From Yuukianura sp. NJ FZ-2021 (taxonomy: Eukaryota): a DNA stretch of 64,000 bases. A model generated the notes under the pieces. That model was not told where the DNA came from, made no database searches, and saw nothing but the letters and a program-made list of their open reading frames with translations. The position numbers were made by a program, and so were the translations under genes. The stretch lies in NCBI GenBank assembly GCA_046563655.1, contig CM102290.1:2356001-2420000 (forward strand). Direction: 5' to 3'. Below are positions 26,901 to 39,531 of the stretch, piece after piece (the first letter of the stretch is position 1; each line of letters starts with the position of its first letter).

Positions 26901-29900
26901 CTATTTCCAGCAGTCCAAAAAAAAGTAGCAAGCGCTTTACTTACTACTTTTTCTTTAGTTTTAAAGGAAAAGAGAAAAAAGCGGAAGGAAAAAAAATTAT
27001 TAAATTGTTTCTCCCGCTTTAGCCGTAGCCGAACCCGTTTGCTAGGAAATTTAAGCTTTGGGCTCATTTCGACAACTCATCCAGACATTCACAATTACGC
27101 TTTCGTCCCAAAATTTCATTCCCTCCCGCTCTTTTTTTTCCCGCTTTCTCCTCATTGCTCCAAAGATCCGGCAGAAAAACCCCTGCTAACTCTGATTTTC
27201 AGTCAACAGGACGTCGCAAATGGGTTTTCCTTCTAATTTCCTTTTTTCTTTCATTTTCTGAATCTTTTTTTTTCAATCCAGCCACCATACAGCCCAAACC
27301 CGGAATGCTTTCACTTTCAAAAACACTAAATAGTTGTACAAACAATTCTTGAAAGTTGAACTCAATAATTTAGGGCGCCAAAAACCATCTGCCCCAGAAG
27401 AAATAGTGTATTTAAAATTAAACCACATAACGACTTTCTCCAAATAATTAAAGTGCATGGCAAGGGAGAGATTCCGGGTGAGCACAAACTTCAGTTTGGT
27501 TGAAAAGTAATTAAATTCAACTCTTTTGGAAAACGTCTTTGAGAGGAAACGGAAAATTCAAAATGGAAATTAAGACTCCTTTCGAGGAAATTTTAAATTG
27601 CTTAAAAGATTTACAATTATTGGGCTTAAGTTGAATTTAGAGAAATTTAGGAATTGGAATTAGGTTAAAGGGGATATGGGGGTGAAGTGTGGAGTGAAAG
27701 TGATTAGGAGAAAGTCGTGTGGAAACTGACACTTTGTGCAGCGCAGAAGCTTAGATTAGGGTAGGGAAGGTTTTTAAGTCTATTTGATTTGGTCATAAGT
27801 CAATTCTTAAACAAGGTTTGAAATCTTTTTGGTTGATTTTTTTTGGTCCCTCAAAAGGAGAGACTGTGAAAACGAATTTTTTCCTGCCAGAAGAGATAGT
27901 TTGACCAGATTGCTTTCCCTGAGACTTAAGTCCATTGCTTTACTTTCTCTCGTGGGATTGACTACCGTGGTTTGAAATGAAAATGAAGTAAGTGTGTGAT
28001 TTTTTGGTTTTACTCACTTTTATACCAAAAGGTAGTTTTAATCAAATACAATTTTGGCATAAGAATTGAAAAAGTTATTTCAGTTTGAATCTGATTGAAA
28101 CCATTTTAAAAAATAGATTTCAAGGTTAGGTTACATTGGGGTTAGACTGTGATGAAAATCGAGAAATAGTAGAAACTGATTAAAATCAGAGAAAAGAAAG
28201 TGTGTTTGTGTAGTCTAGTGTTTCCATTCGTGGTGAAAATGATATTTGGAGCATCAAGTCCTTAATCGGCTTCCTTCCCTCCTTCCCCTTAGTTTGACCA
28301 CATTCAATCCTAATCCCATCGGATCGGGAGGCGGGAATTGGCAATATCCGAGGAAGGAGATATTAAAGTCAAAACGACTCCGTATCACGGCAAAGGCACT
28401 TTGGTCCAAAGTGGTCAAAGGTAAAGTCTTACTAACCTAACCTAAAGTCTTGGATTTGAGAGTAGGCTCATAAAAGACGAGGCCAGGAGCACCCGTGTCC
28501 TTTCCTGTGTCCAAATCCCTCAACTATTAGTCTGCTCGGCCGTTAATGGGCTCTGGACCTTCATATTGGACGGCCCACAGAGTCCACAGTTCCACAAGAT
28601 CACTTTTTATCTGCCACGGTCCAAGCCAGGCAGTTCCTTCGTTCGACCCCCCTCCCATTGGCCTCTAAGGGGGGAGGGGGTGAGTGTTTAAGAGGGAGAA
28701 ATCAATGTTTATATGACAGGAGTGGGGGCGGGGTAGTTCCAACGTATTAGCTTCTGCTGGAAGAGGAGGGATAGAAAAAGTTCGAATTCGGCCCATCCCG
28801 CTCTCTCTTTACTTTCTCTCCGCTCTTTGCACTTTCTCTCTCCATTGTCATTAATTAGTCGAGTGCTGATAGATTGACTCATAAAATGGAGAAGGGAACA
28901 AAGTTTGTACTTTGCCGCCACAGTAGCAGTGTGCTCTTGTCGATTTAATGAAATAAATCAATGGGGAGAGAGAGAGGACTTTTGCCTCATGGCTTATAAC
29001 TCCATTAGAAGATGACAAAATGAGGACCATTACCAAAGGATTCCAGAGAGAAAGCACACTTTCTCTCCTGGCTTTCTTCATCAAAGTTTGGAGCGAGGGA
29101 AAGGGGGCTCCCTAAGTTTTTGGATGGTAGTAGTGGTAGCCTAACCTAAGAAAATGTGTGGCATAACTTATGAGATGTCGAGACATAGGGAGACATGATT
29201 TCTGCACAGTCCCCACCAATCCAATGATACCAACAAAAACCCTAATAGTACAAAATATGGCCAAAGTTCCATTCCAACCCTCTTTCTCCGTTAATGGAAT
29301 TCTGATGAGAACAAATCACAAGCACCAACCGCTGTTACAACCACCCTAATTGACCTTTAGTCTTCATTTGAACCTAATTTTCAAAATTTGTACAAATAAT
29401 AACTATTTTTGGTTTTTGGAAAATTTAAAAGAAAGGTTTTTTGAAGCTAAGACTAGGCAATTTTGGAAAAAAAAACGTTTTGGTTTTGCGTTTGAATTTT
29501 GAAAGGAATTTTGAAATTTTGAATTTTGTATAAGTTCTTTTGTTGATTTTTTTTTCGAAACCTCTGTTTGACAGTTGACTTTTAAATATGCAATTTCCAC
29601 TGGGTCCATTAACCCGCCGCATTTGAATTTTTTTCTGTTCAGAGCATTATTCAATTTTGAATGATTGGAAAAAAGTGAAAGTGAAAAGTTTTTTTTTTTC
29701 GAAAGAGGGAAGTTTTTGTTATTATTCTAATGGAGAAAAGGGCCAGAAGGGAATTTGCATAGGGACCGATCCAAATCTTTTTGGTTATTTAGAACCAATC
29801 TTTCTCTTCTGTCATTTCATACCACATGGTTCTTTTTTTAAACCGCCCTCGCTGAGATCAAAAGTCGATTGGCACGGAGTTTATTACACAAAAGCTACTT

Positions 29901-32900
29901 TTGAAAATGGAATTGAAATCGGAGAGGCCAAATTTTATCTCGAAGGCATGTTTGGAGCTGGATGTTGGTCTGCTGTGTAGTGGCTGTAATGATCTTGAGG
30001 GCGACCGTCATCAACTTTTTCTTTCGGTGAAAGTGGAAAAATGACCAGAGCGAAAGTTGTGATCTTTGTTTATTAGACAATAGACGGAGAAAGTGAGGGG
30101 GAAAATGAGGCTTAAAGGACGAGCGGAAAAGGAAAAAACTGGTTTTAGTTGATATTAATGCTCTCTGCCCACTTTCACATGCTTTGCTTTCTCTAACGTT
30201 AATGGGGGAAGGGGAAATGATCTCGTTAGAAAAGTCCGAAAAGTGGCCTTTAGCTTGTTTAAAAAACACGCTTGTATTGATTACGTGAAAAAAAAACTTT
30301 TTGAAACTTGAAAATTTTGTTTTTCTACAGAAATTTTGTTTTTGTGTATGTTCCTTGAGGGTTACTCTTGAACTTACCTCTGAAAACCTGATGAAATCAA
30401 ATATAAAAACTTTTTAGAGACTAGGTGTGAAGGGGAGGGAGAAAAGCCTTGAGAGTCGATTTGTAATTTTAGGAGAGTGGAATGTTAAAATTTCAAAATT
30501 TCCCACCTCCATATGAAGTTGTTACTTATGGAAATTAGAGTCGTGCAAAACAAAAATTTCACGTATTTGTTTTCCAACTAAATGCTTATCACCCTCTCGA
30601 TGGACTTTTGGCATGCACAATCACATTATGCTAAACTGGTTGACGAATTGCTGAATTTGCAATCCAGAAATTTGCAAATAAAAAAAGTGGTTAATAAATC
30701 AGGCTTAACGTTGAAAGTGCATAGAAAAACAGGATTAAAAACTCGAACCGAAGTGAGGGATTTTTCGAATGACGTAGATTGAACACGGTAAATCTGAATT
30801 TATGACTTCAAAAAAACATTTCTATAACTGTTTTTCCCGAATTCATCAAACAGTTTCGAGTTGCATAGAATTTTTCAAATTCCAAGAATCTCTCGCCATG
30901 ATTGGGAGTTTTGTTTTCATTTTTCTCGATTTCTACCTTGGTTCACAAAATTTACGTCTGTTAAACTAAACAAAATTTTTTTATTCGGTTTTTGCTGGAA
31001 CTGATTATCGTTTTTTTTCCTCTGAGAGTTTTGCCCTTTACGTTTTTGTAATTAAAGGAACAGAAATGTTTTTAAGCCGCTCATTCCCTATGCTCCCTTC
31101 CAAATCGAAATATCGTTGTGGAATTCTCTTGAGAAAATGTGGTCCGATTAAACTAAGGAAAGACGGATGTAAATTAGTCATTATTCAAAACATCTCCAAA
31201 TGCATACAATAACTCCCCCTGTTCAAAATTATTTCTCACGGACTTGTATTCTTTTCTATTTGGTCCAAGATTATGTATTTGGTGGTGGTGGGATAAGTTT
31301 GTTTGAATTTGAGCACAGAGAGGAATGACAGAGCACAAGTACTTAGGCACCCTCAAATCCATTTATTGGAAACGCAAGGGGGAGAAAATGCCCGGGTAGG
31401 AAAAGAGCCGGGTTAGAAATCAAAGACGGAGGCCAACAGGTGACACCCGGGTAATAGATTGCCTCTCCCCTCTCTCTCTATTTACATATTCAACTCATTT
31501 GAATCTGGCGCATAAACTTAGCTAACCTTAAGAGATGCAGATTTCTCCTCAAATTATGCACAGAGATGAACGAGAATCGATGAATGATCTTGAAAAAATG
31601 TTTGGTTCCCACAGGAAGTATTGTTTGAACTTTGCATATGTGTAGCTCCTCATCTCCTATTCTGTTGTTCCACTGTAGAAGGTTTGTAAGGGAGGCCTTA
31701 TAATGCTATGCATGGGAACAAGGGACACTTTTGTCTAAGGACTTTGGACGAATAATCAAGACTTCTTGGCAGGCCCTTTTAATCACATCTCTACTTTGGC
31801 TCCCATCGATTTCCATCTCATACTCTTCGAAATGAAAGCAATAAGCACCCTACTTTATTCTTTTTACGCAAACTTATTTAAATTTCTACTCTGCACGTAA
31901 CATCCGTTCGTTTCTTTGGGAGAATGCACGAATCTGAGCTTGGGAACAAATTCAAATTTGAGCGGCCAATTATTGAAGCCATGAAATTTTTCAAAGTAAT
32001 TCATTCCAGATTTTGGTCGTTGCTAGATTCAATTGTTGAGTTTCTTGCTGTTACGTTCGACTAGGTTAGGCTATACTATGTGGAAAAATTTCAAATTTCG
32101 AAAAACAGATTTCGAAAAACAAAATTCAAAAAAAGTTTCGGTAGATGTTTCAGAAGGAAATTGAGGTCAAGTACACAGGAATAGGGTGGAACAGGTCATT
32201 TGTTCTGCGAGGTCAAGTTGTTTTTATATAAAAAAGTGAAGGGTTGTTTTTTTAGTTATATTTTGACATGTAATTGGTGATTGGGATAATTTGGGGTAAA
32301 AGGGGGCCCTTGATGAGGTCCTATCGGATGTCAGAGTGGGGCCTTGAGATTTTTTTAGGAAGTTATTGGTATCATAGACAGAGAGGGAACTTTCAAAATG
32401 TTGATGGAACGGATAATGTTCTTTTTTTGGTCCTTTGACCCTTAAAAGGTTAGGGGGTCTCTCTTTTTGGGATGACGGTAATCGATCCCATCGTTTTGAA
32501 AATACCAGGAAAAAATAGAGATGATCATGAAGATCATTTTGGGCTGGTGGAGATGATGTGTTGTTGATGCACTTTGGTGGATGTTGTTGTCCCTTAGCAA
32601 AGACAGAATCAATGGCAACAGGACTTTTTAGAAAAAAAAAATCTGGGTCTTATGGGTTTCGGTGGGACCCCATGAAAAGGGGCTCGAAAGAGTTGATTTG
32701 GGGTCCCTTAAACAATAAGAATCTGAAGATCTAAAGAAAATCTGAGAGTTTTGTTCGAAATGATCCAAATTCGATCACAGTAATTACGAGTCAAATTGTC
32801 TTTCTTTTTGTGTACCCTTGAAAAAAGTTTTTTCAATTTTTTTTTCTTGTGGGTACTTTTTTGAACATGTTGAGCCGAACGGGATGTTTAGGACTTTTTA

Positions 32901-35197
32901 ACGACAAAGAATAATTATAAGTTTGGAAGTTTTGGATTTTGAAGTGGGAAATGATGCAGGAGGCGCGAAGGTATAAATTAAGAAAAATTGAATTTTTTTT
33001 CGTGCTTTTCAATTTTTTTCACTTTTTAAAACTTGGTTACAAACGCAAGCTGGGAATTATTTGTGATCAGAAAAATTAAATTGAAAAACAAAAATTAAAG
33101 TATGGAGAGGGATCATTGCCCACTGTTTTTTTTCTCAAATAAAAAAGTTTGTGTTTTGTTGTCAATGTAAAAAAAAAAGAAGTTTTTTTTTTGCTTTAGT
33201 TTTTGTGTTTCCCAGGTGAGACTTTTGTAATTGGATGGGATTAATGGAAATTTTTGATGGTAGAGTAATTCCAATTTCTGATGAGAATGGAGAGGATCCG
33301 AGGCTAATGAGAGTCAAACCTTGTTTGATACGGTTCAGAGGTCAAGTCGAAGTTGAATTAAAGGTTTTTATAGGACACGCCACACGGAAACTTTTTTTTT
33401 CAAATTTGAAACTTTTTTGAAACTGATTTTTTTTTGTTCTTGTGATTCCGACTTGATTCCGTCCGTCAAAGATGAGAAAATGAAGATAAAATAGAAATGG
33501 AAAGAGACTCGTCTGCTTCTTTTTTTGGAGAATGCTGGATACCCCAGAGGAAATGGTTGTAAAATCCGAATTGGAGGCCATAAAACCCAGTAAAGAAAAA
33601 AGAGAGGGAAAAGAAGACTTTTTTTGAATTTATACAAATTCTAAGAGGAGACAATTAAGTTTTTTCTTGTCCAATTCGGTTCTCATTCGCCTGGTTCTTA
33701 ATGCCGCTTGAGGAAGAAGGAAGCTTTTTCTTTCTTTTTTTGAAAAGCCTCATCTAATTAATTCTTTTGGGCTTTGTGAGACTTTGAAGGAGCGATAAAA
33801 CCAACATACGGAGTTGGGCAATTTGATACCGTAAGGTTCCAAGATGCCGACTTATTTCTTAAATGCCTTATACATAAGGTTTGCCCTGATTGTGAACTTG
33901 GCGCCAAGAAAATTAAGCTTAAACTATTAGAAATTTTACGGTACTTCCTTCCGGGAATGATCAGAGAGAAGGTCAGACAAGGATAGGGGTAGAGACAAAA
34001 TTCAGTAAGATTTGAATCTCCCTCCTTATTTTGGCCGTATTACTCAAAGAAACGGGCGGATGTCTTGTTTGGACAGTTTAGCGGATTTGGGTTGATTAGA
34101 ACAAAATCCAAGAAGAAAGTAGAGGGAAAGTTCAAAATTCAAAAGTTCCCGTTCTGTCTTTGGGACAAAGCAGGCTTGGGGGAGACTTTGGGGGTGGGGA
34201 GGGGCGGTGTGAACAGACGAGAGGAAAATTTGAATCAATACAAGCTTCTTTTACAAGATTCAAAAACTCGCGCCTTTCGTCTCTCTCGTTTGGGACGATT
34301 TTCCTCACACTTGTGGATTTGCATGAAAGAGGAGGCGGGAAATTTTTGAATTCCAGAGAAATTTTTTTGAAACCAACGTCTGTTCAGAGTCTTTATTTCA
34401 AAAATGTTCTAAAGATTTTAATGAAAACGAAAGTTTCTTTGTGGTCTAAAGCCTTCTTGACTCTTTTTAGTTTTGGAAAATGGAGATGAGTAAAAGTTTT
34501 TCGGGAGGTTGTAACTAAAAGGCGGAATGCTTCTGGCGGTTCAGAAAAAGAAGTAAAAGTTTGTTTCAAAAGTCATGGTGACAAGTGACAGAAGGGCCAA
34601 ACTTTTCAGAGGAATAAAAAAGTGTAAAAATGGTATAAAAGAGCATTTATCAAAATTTATATTTTATCCCGCCAAGATAAAAAATAAGTTTGAGATAGTA
34701 TGAATGATAGGAGAAAGGGGAGAAAGTTGAGAATTATTATTACTACTATCCTATCCCTATTTCTCTTCATTTCACTCCCTTCCATATCAATTCCAATTTT
34801 AAAAAGTTCCGCTGAATAATCTCCATATCTGTCTTCTCTCCTCCAACTTTCTTTTTTAAAAACTGTTTTTGAAAAACTTGTGCTGAAAGGCACAATGTTA
34901 TGTTCCAAATTTGAGAGAGAAGGGGTAGGTTTAGGATTTTGTGAAACACGAAATTTTGGAATTATGTCTTAAAGTTTGGTGGTGTTGTACTTAATCAGGA
35001 CCTGATTAAGTTCTGGTTTGTTTGAAAGTGAAACGCGGGAGGAGGAAAAACAAAAGGGCGGGAAACGGGTGAAAGCCATTCAAGTTCAAATTTTGAACTT
35101 TGCCCATTTGCTCAACTATAAAATGGCTCAACACCACCGCACCTTCTCCACCTTTAAACTTTGCCGCCACTATAGTTTCTCCCTAGCTGCTGGAAGT

Positions 35198-35215
35198 GAT
35201 GATGATGATGATGAT
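35198..35215. repeat. (GAT)6 microsatellite
   Basis: Read directly from the sequence. Confidence 0.9.
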
Positions 35216-38200
35216 CTTGAGGTGAGGTTCTCAACACTGCGGCTTACGTCCAGTCTTCAACTTAATTTGAACTTGGATTTTCCCGCTGTTTTTGTGCATG
35301 CCAAAAGTGCATCTCTTGTACTCTGAATGCAAAAGGGAAGGATTAGCGGAGCAACACTTGTGAATTGAAAATTTCCCTCCATTGAGAATACGCGGGTTTA
35401 ACCTTTCCTCTTGTTTGAAGATGGATTTTGGGCAGGAAGAGGGAAAATTTAAAATAATTTTGAAATTGGGCTTTTGAGCGATACAATATTCTGTTCACCA
35501 CAGTTTGCTTTTCAGATCCTAATCATTTCTCCCCCCCCCCTATTCCACCCCACCCCCAGAAGGGGGGGGGGGGTTCTGCTACTTGTCCAAAGTTATGGAG
35601 CATTAAGTCATGATTTTCTGTCAGCCTCTCACTCCTGGGTACAGAATGAATCAGCAATTTGGGGGCCAATCCTTTCTAAATAATACAGAAACTGATGAAA
35701 TAATAGAAGGCGACAAAGTGTTTGATCAATTGATGTCTCGATAGAGAAATGTAAGGGGGTTTCAGAAAAAGTCAATTTGTTCACTTTTTTTGAACATGAA
35801 TTGTATTAGAAATTAAGAGAAGACTCAGAAGTCATTCTGTTTAGAAAAAGGAGTTTTGGATTTTACCACCTCAACGTTCCTTTCATCGCCTTGTTCTTTT
35901 TTTCTTGGTAAAAGAGTTGAGGTTGAAGTGAGTTTAGATGTTTCACACAGTCCAGTTGAACTATTGTTGGTGCACTGTCATTGTAAAGGGGGCCAGGGGG
36001 CCTTTTTGAGGTGTAGTAAAACTAAAAGGCTACTGGAACCCTTGGAGCCCTTCTTCCAAAGCCTCGAACCACCCAAAATCATCACTCGAAACTAAACAAA
36101 TTAACGCCATTCCAACATGACGAAGTGATTCCCATTGTTGTCCAACGTACTTTTGTGTTTGGGGTTTCATTCATTTCTTAACACCTTCTGGAAGTGGAAG
36201 CTAGCACAGGGTTTACTCAGGGGCAGGGAAAACGATAGGATGGTTTAACCCAAGGAGTAGAAATTCGAATCAATATTCTGATCATTTTTTAGTTTTAAAA
36301 GAAAATATGATTCAAAACTTTTTTTCAACTTTTTTTTGAAAAAAATGTTGTAAATAATACGGGTTTGAAGAACTTGAGACGAAATGAAATTTAATTTATA
36401 GGATCAAGGGAAGTTACATGTAAGAAATCATCGGAAGGTGACCAACCGGAACGGCTGACCCAGCAGGGTACCGTCGACGGTGTATAAGCGTTTCCAGTTT
36501 TCTTACATACTCCCCCCTTCAAAACCGTTCATTTACCCCCCCCCCCCTAAGGGTACCTTTAAAGGGTACCCTTAAAAGGGGGACACTAGTATAGGTACTT
36601 GTGCATTTGGGGAACAGGTAACTTCATTCCTTGTCTCCCATGGAGATCTCCCATTGTCTCCTCATATTTCTACCACCACTAAAAAAAACTTCTCATAAAG
36701 CAAATGGTTTAAGGATTTGAAAATTTTGAACTGGAGAGCTTTCAAAGTTAAAAAACGGCACCAATTTATAGATTGGTTTTGGTTTGAGGCTTTAAAATTA
36801 AAAAATGAAGATTTGAATTTACAATTTTAAAAATATTGGGTATGTTGAATTTTGAATTTGAACGGGGCTGAGGGTGGTAAGAAAATTTTTTTTCTCTGCG
36901 GATTTCCATTCTGTTCGATGGGATTAGATTTCTTGACTTTGTATTTTTTTGATTCTTTTCAAAATGTTAGACTTTGGAAAAAAAAAGCTAAAGTGTTTTG
37001 GTCTTTTGATGAGATTTATGGGACTGAGGGTTTTGGTGGGGTGCGGAGGTGGTGGATTCGGCAGCGTGTGGGTGGGGCGGTTGATTCCAAAAGGAAGGTA
37101 GGGATTTTAAGGCCTAATAGTATAAATTACAGTGTCCAATATTTGGTCTCTTGGTCCATCTCCTTTGGGGCTTACGTTAGTTTTTACTTGAAATGCAGAA
37201 TTGTTTGAAATCTAAAGCCTCTAGCCCAGTGTAGTCTCGCATCAATTGTTTTGGCCCAAGGAAGAAGCGGAAGCTGGTAATAGCTCGCCTGCACGTCACC
37301 TAGCATGATTCCTACACATCCTCCATCACCCAGTCCAAAAAACCACTCAGTCATTGTTCGTTGTCCGTAGACAACTAGATCTTGGCCCCACCAACCCACC
37401 CGCCCCACAAAGTCCCACCTTCGTTTTGACTCACTGGCTCCACCAGATCCTAATCCCGCTCAAACTCCTTCAAAACCTGCCAGGGCACAGACAAAGAGCT
37501 CACACACACAAATTTATTGTGTCCATTAGCCGGAACGTGAAACATTTAGCCTCTGCATAGGACCGTAAAGCCTTTTTTCTCCTTCCTTTCCTATTGTGAA
37601 TATCGAATTATCTTTTTTTTCAAAACTCGTGCCTCCTTTAGTGTTCCCACCCCCGGCCTGAGTGGTGGGGGTGGGGTGGTTGTTGATGAAGACGCGCAGT
37701 CTCTACGCTTCAATGAGCGTTTGTTAACGTATGTTCCATGGCTTGGTATGTTTTCGAAGTAAATTAGGAGACAATGGCGTACGTGTGTGACTAACTAAAC
37801 TAAAATTGTTGCGGTAAGGAAAGGTCAATGAGGGACGTTGTGGTTGACACCGAACGCATGGCGTAGTGGCGTACGGACGATACCTTATTGAATATTTGAA
37901 AATTGGACTTTGGCGGTACATTTTGAAAAAAAAGTGAGGTAAAGGAGCTTCTGGCTTCTGCTGTTGTTATGTTGGTTCCGAGGAAACGGAAAGGAATCAG
38001 TTCCACTCGACTGACTTCAAACAATTGTATTAGTAGGAGGAACGACCAGAAAAAATACTTGATTTTTTGAGACAAGTTTTCAAGAGCAGGGTTAGGATGT
38101 TCCGTGCTCAAAATCCCGTCCTGGGTTCGAGCTCTGCACCCCCCACTAAAACAAAATTCTCGAAATCTTTCGGAATTACTCAAAGTTAGGCTGTGATTGA

Positions 38201-39231
38201 ATCAAAACGTCCAAATTTTTATGTATCAAAAATTACAATGCCGATTGTGAATTTTTAATACTTTTTTTTTGAAAATGTTATCCTATGACTGGCTAACCCT
38301 GGTGGAGTGAGTTTACAAAGATCTTGCTTTTTAGCTTATTGTAATTTAAACACAACAAAAAGGAGTTAGGGAATTTATGGGTGAGCGGATGTGGATTGGA
38401 GCTCCCTTCCTCCATTTTTTTTGGAACTTAACTTAATAACGATCTCTTTTGCTTTACATTATTCTTGTCTTAAAAAATGTAATTTTTAGTACATTTTTTT
38501 TGTTTAAAACGTTCCGTCCAATACTGTTCCTAGAGATACTTCTTTTCCACGGATAGCGGAGATCATATTAATGATTTCTGCTGGTTTGGTAATTACATAT
38601 CGGTCCATTTCTCCCCATCCCCCGCCGTTGTTAAGCCGAGTACACACTTTATTCGACAGGCCGCAGGAACCTCACGAGAAAACCGTTCCACATCACCTAC
38701 CCCCATGGAATTTTGATTCCTCAAACTCCACTGTAATTGTTCCCAAGAACTCTGATAACAAAGGAATATGCGAAAAGGCAGCGGGAAAATTCAAATGTTT
38801 GAAAAAGTTGTTTCCTGGCTAATACAACTTCCGGTCAAACCAAATCACTTTCTCCCTGCGTCAATCATCCCCCCATGACACCCGATTTGGAGCACCCCCG
38901 TCATGCATCAACTACCCCGTGAACCCCAACCGTCAAGTTCTTATGGCGGGTAGCCTAAGCTAAGTTGAAGGGTAGGGGCCCTCGTGATTGGTTTAGGTGC
39001 CCTTTGACCCTATTTGCTTGTGGTTTGACCCGTAGAAAACAAATGATGTAAAGGCACGTGCCAAGGGCTAAAGCCGCGCGACCAGGTAGAAAGTTGAACC
39101 CGTTTTCCTGGTTTCACCTGTTGTAAACCTCAAGCTCGTTTTTTGAAACATTTGAGTCAGGGCGGGACGGAAAGTTTTTTTTTAAATTTAAAAAAACTGC
39201 TCCCAGAACTTGATACTTTTTGTGAAGGTTT

Positions 39232-39531
39232 GGCCCAAGGTTGTTTAAATTGAAATTTTGTTTATTTTCTCTTTTTCTTAACAGGTTATACCATAACTCC
39301 TTCTTTCAAATTTTCCAATTTTTTGAACCGCATCTGAAGCGGCTCCGTTGCATTTAATTCGAAAGTTAAGTTAGCAACGTGAAAATTAAAAAAAAAATCA
39401 AAAGATTATTGTGAAAATCAACAAAATTGGCACAAAATTTGTTTTTTCGTGTTGTTTTTTAAATCGGAGTTATGGCATAACCTGTTAGTGCATTTTTTTA
39501 AAATGGGCGCTATAGCAACCTTCTTTGGGCC
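39232..39531. mobile_element. Inverted-repeat family, copy B
   Basis: Arms TAACAGGTTATACCATAACTCC (39279-39300) and GGAGTTATGGCATAACCTGTTA (39466-39487) are 21/22 complementary. It shares AAGGTTTGG(A/C)CCAAGGTT and the internal AAAATTGGYACAAA(A)TTTGT with copy A. Confidence 0.7.

Noticed and set aside
35187..35221. Micro-exon AAGSDDDDDDLE with plausible splice sites
   Set aside because: It is mostly a (GAT)6 microsatellite, and its phase-0 end is incompatible with direct splicing to exon A.
38085..38140. tRNA or SINE suggested by GGGTTCGAG
   Set aside because: No T-stem, acceptor stem or convincing A box.
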